In this document: piece after piece, positions 58,793 through 64,000 of the stretch
How the letters are laid out: every line of letters starts with the position of its first letter
How positions within the stretch are numbered: position 1 is the stretch's first letter
Source of the DNA: a virus
Lineage: Duplodnaviria; Heunggongvirae; Uroviricota; Caudoviricetes
IMG/VR virus record: IMGVR_UViG_3300031949_000001
Location: 32,001 to 96,000 of that record
Direction: 5' to 3' (one strand)
Length of the DNA: 64,000 nucleotides
Translations under genes and position numbers: made by a program
The notes under the pieces: generated by a model
Told to the model about the DNA's origin: nothing
The model's database searches: none
What the model saw: the letters and a program-made list of their open reading frames with translations, nothing else

Positions 58793-59480
58793 GAGGATTT
58801 TCTCCTTCTTATTGTGTCTTATGAGTATAGCGAGAAAACGACTAAGAGTCAATATTAAACTGTGGCTTCTGCTAGTTCTTCTACTTTAGGTTTCTGTGCA
58901 TCTCTTTCTTTTTGTTCCAACTGTTCGGCGAACCCGAGGAGCAATTCGATTCTCTTGTTGTTTCGAACCATTTTCTTGTAGAAATAATCAACCTTTGTTC
59001 TTGTTTTGGCTGTTTTAATATTTTCGTGAAAAGCTAATGTCTTATTTGTTAGAACTCCGATTTCGTGGAACACAATTTCGGATGGCTTCTTTTTAGGATT
59101 TTCCATCGGTTTCTCCAGATTGTCTCTTTCTTATATCTATCTCTGATTCTTCTTTGATTTTTCTTCTAATCATTTTGCGTAATAGAGTCATACCAGCAGC
59201 CATTTGCTCTGCTATGTCCGGTCGCGCCATGCCTAAAATTGTATAATATCGACTTTCCAGAATTGTATATTGGTCATGTAGATCAGCAGAAGACATGTCC
59301 TTCCAAGCTAATTTATTGACTTGGGGAATTGGTTGACGAGAAATTGGGGTAACAGCATCTACAGATAGGTCTATAGGAGCCATTTCTGGTATCTCAGATT
59401 CATCATAGATTTTTTCGGTGAATCTAGGTAAAAACTCAGGATTTTTCATTGCTACTCTCTATTTGAGAGGTATATATGGA

Positions 59481-60185
59481 TTAATTAGGTAACCCTACGA
59501 TGTGCATCATTTGTACATCTCCAATTGTCCAAAGGTCGTATTGTTGTGACCCATCTTGAGATTGCATTCTCTCAATCGGAATGTCCGTAGCGGCTAGAAT
59601 TTGTTGGCGAACTTTAGAATCATCACGAATGTCTTTTTGAATTTTGTATACCCAAAGTTCATTGTACGTGCCGTCTTCTTCCTTGCGTTTGAACACAAGA
59701 TGCGCTCCTGAAACCTTTCTGATTAGACCTTGACGATTTGGATCTTCTCCGGGTTGTTCTGGATCATCTTCACCATCTCCAAGTCTAACTGGGGTATCAC
59801 TCATGGTAGGCTTAGGATTATCGGCTTGCTTCTCACGCTCCGGGTCTTGTTCAGCATGATTGTTTGATGCTGCGGAGTCACCACGGTCTTCCTGGTAGCT
59901 CCTATCACGAGGATTAGAGTCACCTGGAACGGCATTTTGCATGTTTGGTTCTTCGTTTTTTGGATTTGGACGAAAACGGTTGACCCCTTTCTTACGAGGA
60001 GTTTCTTCACCTTCTCCACCCATACCTAAGCCCAAACTAGCACTCATGTTGTCAGCGTCGGCATTTGGAGTTGGTCCATTCTTGGGACCATATTCACTAT
60101 CTGGATATGGAGTTTGGAATTGACGAAGTTTCGTCAGCGTAGCACGCTGCTTGTTACCCCTTAGATAGTCCTTTAATGAAATCAT
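59481..60185 (-). CDS. late protein with low-complexity N-terminal half
   Basis: ATAAATA upstream on the minus strand. Confidence 0.65.
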   Translation of the reverse strand: MISLKDYLRGNKQRATLTKLRQFQTPYPDSEYGPKNGPTPNADADNMSASLGLGMGGEGEETPRKKGVNRFRPNPKNEEPNMQNAVPGDSNPRDRSYQEDRGDSAASNNHAEQDPEREKQADNPKPTMSDTPVRLGDGEDDPEQPGEDPNRQGLIRKVSGAHLVFKRKEEDGTYNELWVYKIQKDIRDDSKVRQQILAATDIPIERMQSQDGSQQYDLWTIGDVQMMHIVGLPN

Positions 60186-60254
60186 ACATAATCCCTTGTT
60201 TAATATTATTTATCGGCGCGGGATAAATAATTACACCAAATCTAGGATGAACCC

Positions 60255-60710
60255 ATGGAGATAACAACAGAACAAGTCGTTAAAAGGTCTTTTCCTTTTA
60301 TAATACAGAATCACCCGATAGAATATACCGGATATCCTTTTCTTTCAGTAATTCAATACAAGAACCAACATATCATATCTATCATTGACAACATCAACAA
60401 GAAGACTGTCAAAGCCTTTGTGTTAGATTTGTGTGCGCCTGAGGGTGTGGATGAAGAGCTTGTAATCAATATCGCTGGTTATTGGTATGAATTCGAAAGG
60501 AATCGTTATCCTCTTTCAATTGAATTTTCTAAGCGTGGTATGGCTGGTATTACTGCCAAGATTTTGAAAACCTATACCATCGATTCTATTTCTAGGATCA
60601 TGGGACCATTATACGTTTACCCAACAGAAAATAACATAAAAATCAAAAGACGCAAGCGACGTGAGATATCTCCAACTGTGGAAATTAAACGGTTAATAGC
60701 AATTAAATAA
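60255..60710 (+). CDS. hypothetical protein
   Basis: ATAAATA upstream; divergent ORF. Confidence 0.65.
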   Translation: MEITTEQVVKRSFPFIIQNHPIEYTGYPFLSVIQYKNQHIISIIDNINKKTVKAFVLDLCAPEGVDEELVINIAGYWYEFERNRYPLSIEFSKRGMAGITAKILKTYTIDSISRIMGPLYVYPTENNIKIKRRKRREISPTVEIKRLIAIK

Positions 60711-61191
60711 TTTTGAGATAGTCTTTGAAAGAGAACTTGGCACTTTCGTTTTGGAATGGAATGTTAAGACCGCTTGGAGAAGGTGCCGGTGAAGCAGCAG
60801 AACCTTGTCCACCGTTTCCTTGGGAAAGAGCCGCTGGTGGTGTAGTAACCACAGAAGGAGCTACTGTCGATTGAGCGCCAGTCTCGCTTGTGCCATACGC
60901 TAAGTCTTTACCAAACTCAGTAAGCTGATTGTTCTCGTCTGTAACACCATCTTCTTGCATAGCGCCAGCGCCAGCGTCTGTAACACGCACTCGATCTGTT
61001 TGTGGATCACGTTCCACGTATTGAATTCGTTCAAGGGTGTCCAAAGCATCAACCAACTTTTCATCATTCAAAGCCAATTTTTTAAACCCATCCATATTTG
61101 GATCGGGTGAGGCGGTAATCTTCGCCAGGATGCGCTTTTGGTTGGTTGTAAGATTGATATCTTGACCAATTTGAATTTCAAACAATCTCAT
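60703..61191 (-). CDS. late protein, putative head-internal
   Basis: TATAAATA upstream; MRLFEI N-terminus. Confidence 0.6.
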   Translation of the reverse strand: MRLFEIQIGQDINLTTNQKRILAKITASPDPNMDGFKKLALNDEKLVDALDTLERIQYVERDPQTDRVRVTDAGAGAMQEDGVTDENNQLTEFGKDLAYGTSETGAQSTVAPSVVTTPPAALSQGNGGQGSAASPAPSPSGLNIPFQNESAKFSFKDYLKII

Positions 61192-61215
61192 AAAAGTTCC
61201 TCTAGAGACAAGTAT

Positions 61216-61785
61216 TTATAATAATCCAGCCTTCACGAGATGAAGTTGAAGAACTATAGTTGCGGAATAAGCGACTGCGTGAGGCTTTTTGAAAAAATAT
61301 TTATCGGTTTTTCTATATATTTCTTTTCTGATTGTGTCTTTATCTTTGATATAAGCATTGAGTAAATAGCGCTTACCCGGTCGAATTAAAGCAATACAAT
61401 CTGCCAATTCTATAATTGACCTCGGACGAATGGCATCAACTACATCAAAATGGTTCTTGATTTGGTCTAATTTCTTGACGACCCCAGGACTTTGGAGAAG
61501 ATTCCAGTCTGGTTCAATCCGGAGTAACGCGCGCATCTCTTCCTTGGATTCAAAAGAATCCAATGCGCTTAGATGTAAAAAATCAACCTTGAAGAATCCT
61601 TCTTTTTCTGCTTCTTTGAACGGAATAGCCGCCAATCCAGTTTCTTGGTCTTTGGCTATGTTCTGAAAGTACACACCAACTGGGTGTTTTATTAGTTCAC
61701 CATTTTCGACCTTTGAGGCTAAAATGATAGTCGGAAAAATATCTTTTGGGTTAAAGTTTATTTTTGTATCGAGGTCAATATCCAT
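61216..61785 (-). CDS. truncated DnaE (Pol III alpha)-like protein
   Basis: DIDLD, HPVGV, KVDFL, ALIRPG, FKKPHAVAY. Confidence 0.75.
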   Translation of the reverse strand: MDIDLDTKINFNPKDIFPTIILASKVENGELIKHPVGVYFQNIAKDQETGLAAIPFKEAEKEGFFKVDFLHLSALDSFESKEEMRALLRIEPDWNLLQSPGVVKKLDQIKNHFDVVDAIRPRSIIELADCIALIRPGKRYLLNAYIKDKDTIRKEIYRKTDKYFFKKPHAVAYSATIVLQLHLVKAGLL

Positions 61786-61816
61786 CTATGTAATATAGCC
61801 GATAGACTGAAAAAAG

Positions 61817-62161
61817 TCAATTTGGGGTGATGCGTGATACGCAATCGGTTAGGTAATCTGTTTGCTCTTCATCGATAGAGCGTTTTGAATGGTATACTTT
61901 CTCTAACAAAGAAAAGAATGCTTCATCATCTGCTGGATCTAACACGAAAGCCTTTTCTGGTTTAACTATACGAATAGCATCCATGTGGTTTCTAATTGCT
62001 TCTTCGATTTGTTCATAAGGTATATTTTGATCTCTTGCTCCAATCGTGGTGGTAATCCACTCAGTTACATCGAGACATTGATTAAATGTAAACGTGTGTG
62101 ATAAAACAGAATTAGAATAAAAGATTCCTATTAGCGCAGCAATTTTAACAAAATTACGCAT
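61817..62161 (-). CDS. secreted two-Cys protein (paralog family)
   Basis: signal peptide; C...RDQN...C pattern. Confidence 0.55.
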   Translation of the reverse strand: MRNFVKIAALIGIFYSNSVLSHTFTFNQCLDVTEWITTTIGARDQNIPYEQIEEAIRNHMDAIRIVKPEKAFVLDPADDEAFFSLLEKVYHSKRSIDEEQTDYLTDCVSRITPN

Positions 62162-62568
62162 TACTCGCTGTTCTCAAACAATTCTACGTATACGATCCAT
62201 GTTACGGTATCGCCTGTATTGCCTTTAACTTCAATCTTCAATGAACCGTTTGTGGTATCTGCTGTTATTTGAATATCCCAAGCAGCATCGTCTTCTTTTG
62301 TTAAAATAGTGAGAGTTGTTGTATCAACGATAGCTGTTGAACCGTTTGTTGTTACGCGTTTGATGCCTCCGACGACAATGTACGTAGCGGCATCTACGAG
62401 AGGAGTTGTACGACCGACGAATGTGGCTTTGAATCCCCATACAACATTATCACCTAGAGTTAAACGAGAATCCATTACACCTTCTAGAAACAGTTCATGA
62501 AATGCATTGTCTGTCGTTGTTCCTGTAAAACGATTCGTAAGTTGATCGGCGCCAATTTTATTTCTCAT
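62161..62568 (-). CDS. putative virion/tail-fibre-associated beta protein
   Basis: Thr-rich beta strands; late promoter upstream. Confidence 0.5.
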   Translation of the reverse strand: MRNKIGADQLTNRFTGTTTDNAFHELFLEGVMDSRLTLGDNVVWGFKATFVGRTTPLVDAATYIVVGGIKRVTTNGSTAIVDTTTLTILTKEDDAAWDIQITADTTNGSLKIEVKGNTGDTVTWIVYVELFENSE

Positions 62569-62592
62569 GGTATGTCCTCAATGATCTGATAT

Positions 62593-63162
62593 TTATATTT
62601 TTGGTTTATTTACTCGGAGAACAAATCGTATCTCCTGACAGACCCCAGGAATGGATTTCATTTTGATTTCTGCTGTCTTATCGCTCCAACCTTCGATCAC
62701 TGATATTTGTGCCCAATAAGGGTCTGGAATATAATTCAACTCTTCCATTTTGAAGTCTACGTCAATCATCAGTCCAAGTTTGCTTTCTGAACCTTTGTTT
62801 TTGAGATCATTGAGGTTTCTATCTTTGTCGAACATAGCGAGACCTACTGGTGTGACTATTCGGCAATGTGTTGGGTCGTGTGCAAAGTTTTCATGCATCC
62901 AGTGAGGGACATTGATAAAAAGTTTGGCATCGTGTTTACAAATTCGGTATAGTTCTTTTATGATTTGAAGATAGGTCTTGCTATCGTTTCCGAGATGTTC
63001 CAAGACATGATCCATATAGATCTCGCTGATAGAGTTATTTTCCCACGGATAAGGAAATTTTTCTAGATCATGGAGCACGTCTGGATTACACATGGGAAAA
63101 TTGTCCACATTAGTGCAATTGTGCTTGTGGTTGAAGCCACACCCAAGGTTAAGTTTTTCCAT
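62593..63162 (-). CDS. SAM-dependent methyltransferase-like protein
   Basis: LNLGCG, HVLEHL, DPTH. Confidence 0.8.
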   Translation of the reverse strand: MEKLNLGCGFNHKHNCTNVDNFPMCNPDVLHDLEKFPYPWENNSISEIYMDHVLEHLGNDSKTYLQIIKELYRICKHDAKLFINVPHWMHENFAHDPTHCRIVTPVGLAMFDKDRNLNDLKNKGSESKLGLMIDVDFKMEELNYIPDPYWAQISVIEGWSDKTAEIKMKSIPGVCQEIRFVLRVNKPKI

Positions 63163-64000
63163 TTTTGATGTCCTGTTCGATCCAGTTATAGCAATTTTGA
63201 ATTGCCTCGTCCCAATTATCGAAGCTGGTTTGTCTGAATATTCTTATGGTGGGATACCAGATCGATGTATCTTTTAGTTCTGCCCAAGGAAAGTATGGCA
63301 CGAACGGGGCTATTAGGCAAACCTTCTTACCCATTGCAGCAGCGGCATGTGTTATAGATGTACAACTTGTGACGATGTAATCCATGTTTGCCATATATCC
63401 AAGAGTGTCTTCCCATGTCTGTAAGTCGTCTCTTAAATCAACTAATGGATCACCGATGCGAAGATCATCGAAATCACCATCGCGTTGTAGAGAATAGAGC
63501 TTACCGAGAGTTGCGAATTTCAATAGTTTACGTGCTGGGATGGTTCTAAATTGTTCATGTTCAAACATTGGATTACCCGACCAACGAATACCAATCTTGA
63601 GAATTGGCTCATCTATGTTCCGTCTTTTTTCCAATATCTTTTCAGGTAATGGCTCGATATACGTCATATTCGAGACAATGGGATCATTCAGTTTTAAAAG
63701 ATTGACACTGTTCATGCTTGGGAGGTAATAGTCGTAATCCCATTTTTTGACTTCTTCGATGGTACCGACGCGATCAACAAATGGAAGTCGTGAAAAGACC
63801 GACACTAGATGAGGGCTACATCCTACGTTAACAATAGCACCCCTTTCTTTTAACATCTGTGCAAAACGAACGAAAATGATTTCATCACCCTGACCACCTT
63901 CGCACGCAAAAAAGATGGTTTTTCCCTTTATGACCGTGGTGGTTTTCATTCTTTTGTATCGTGGTAAATCAAATAAATGTTCAGATCCCCAAGCACGTTC
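63149..64000 (-). CDS. GT9-like glycosyltransferase domain protein (start probably outside window)
   Basis: EGGQGDEI.F.RF, IGIRWSGNP, TSITHAAAAMGK, WYP..RIFRQ. Confidence 0.75.
   Translation of the reverse strand, partial: ERAWGSEHLFDLPRYKRMKTTTVIKGKTIFFACEGGQGDEIIFVRFAQMLKERGAIVNVGCSPHLVSVFSRLPFVDRVGTIEEVKKWDYDYYLPSMNSVNLLKLNDPIVSNMTYIEPLPEKILEKRRNIDEPILKIGIRWSGNPMFEHEQFRTIPARKLLKFATLGKLYSLQRDGDFDDLRIGDPLVDLRDDLQTWEDTLGYMANMDYIVTSCTSITHAAAAMGKKVCLIAPFVPYFPWAELKDTSIWYPTIRIFRQTSFDNWDEAIQNCYNWIEQDIKNGKT

Noticed and set aside
1-64000. Stop-codon reassignment (alternative genetic code)
   Set aside because: Recognisable enzymes are full length in the standard code and end at TAA, TAG or TGA; no clean suppressor tRNA was found.
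1-64000. CRISPR array or rRNA
   Set aside because: No regularly spaced direct repeats or rRNA motifs seen; the repeats in 19709-22879 are protein-level.

Overview
This window looks like part of a large, AT-rich, T4-related (jumbo-like) lytic phage genome. It has dense small ORFs, sigma70 promoters and T4-type late promoters (TAAATA); the OmpA, PbpG and ErpA-like genes suggest a Beta/Gammaproteobacterial host. It carries about 40 tRNA genes, several tRNA-like RNAs with abnormal arms or loops, an RNase P RNA and several unexplained structured RNAs. It also encodes translation and tRNA-repair proteins: Thg1, an intein-containing HNH-RNA ligase, Pth2-type hydrolases, a P-loop kinase, a 2H phosphoesterase, NADAR and a phosphatase. 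The main observation is that each of the two large tRNA clusters is preceded by the same arrangement: sigma70 promoter, short leader ORF, antiterminator/terminator switch, then boxA. The leader codons match the anticodons of that cluster, almost codon for codon at 26296-26376. This points to a ribosome-stalling attenuator that would switch on replacement tRNAs when the matching host tRNAs are depleted. All RNA folds and protein calls were made by eye; no database search was run.
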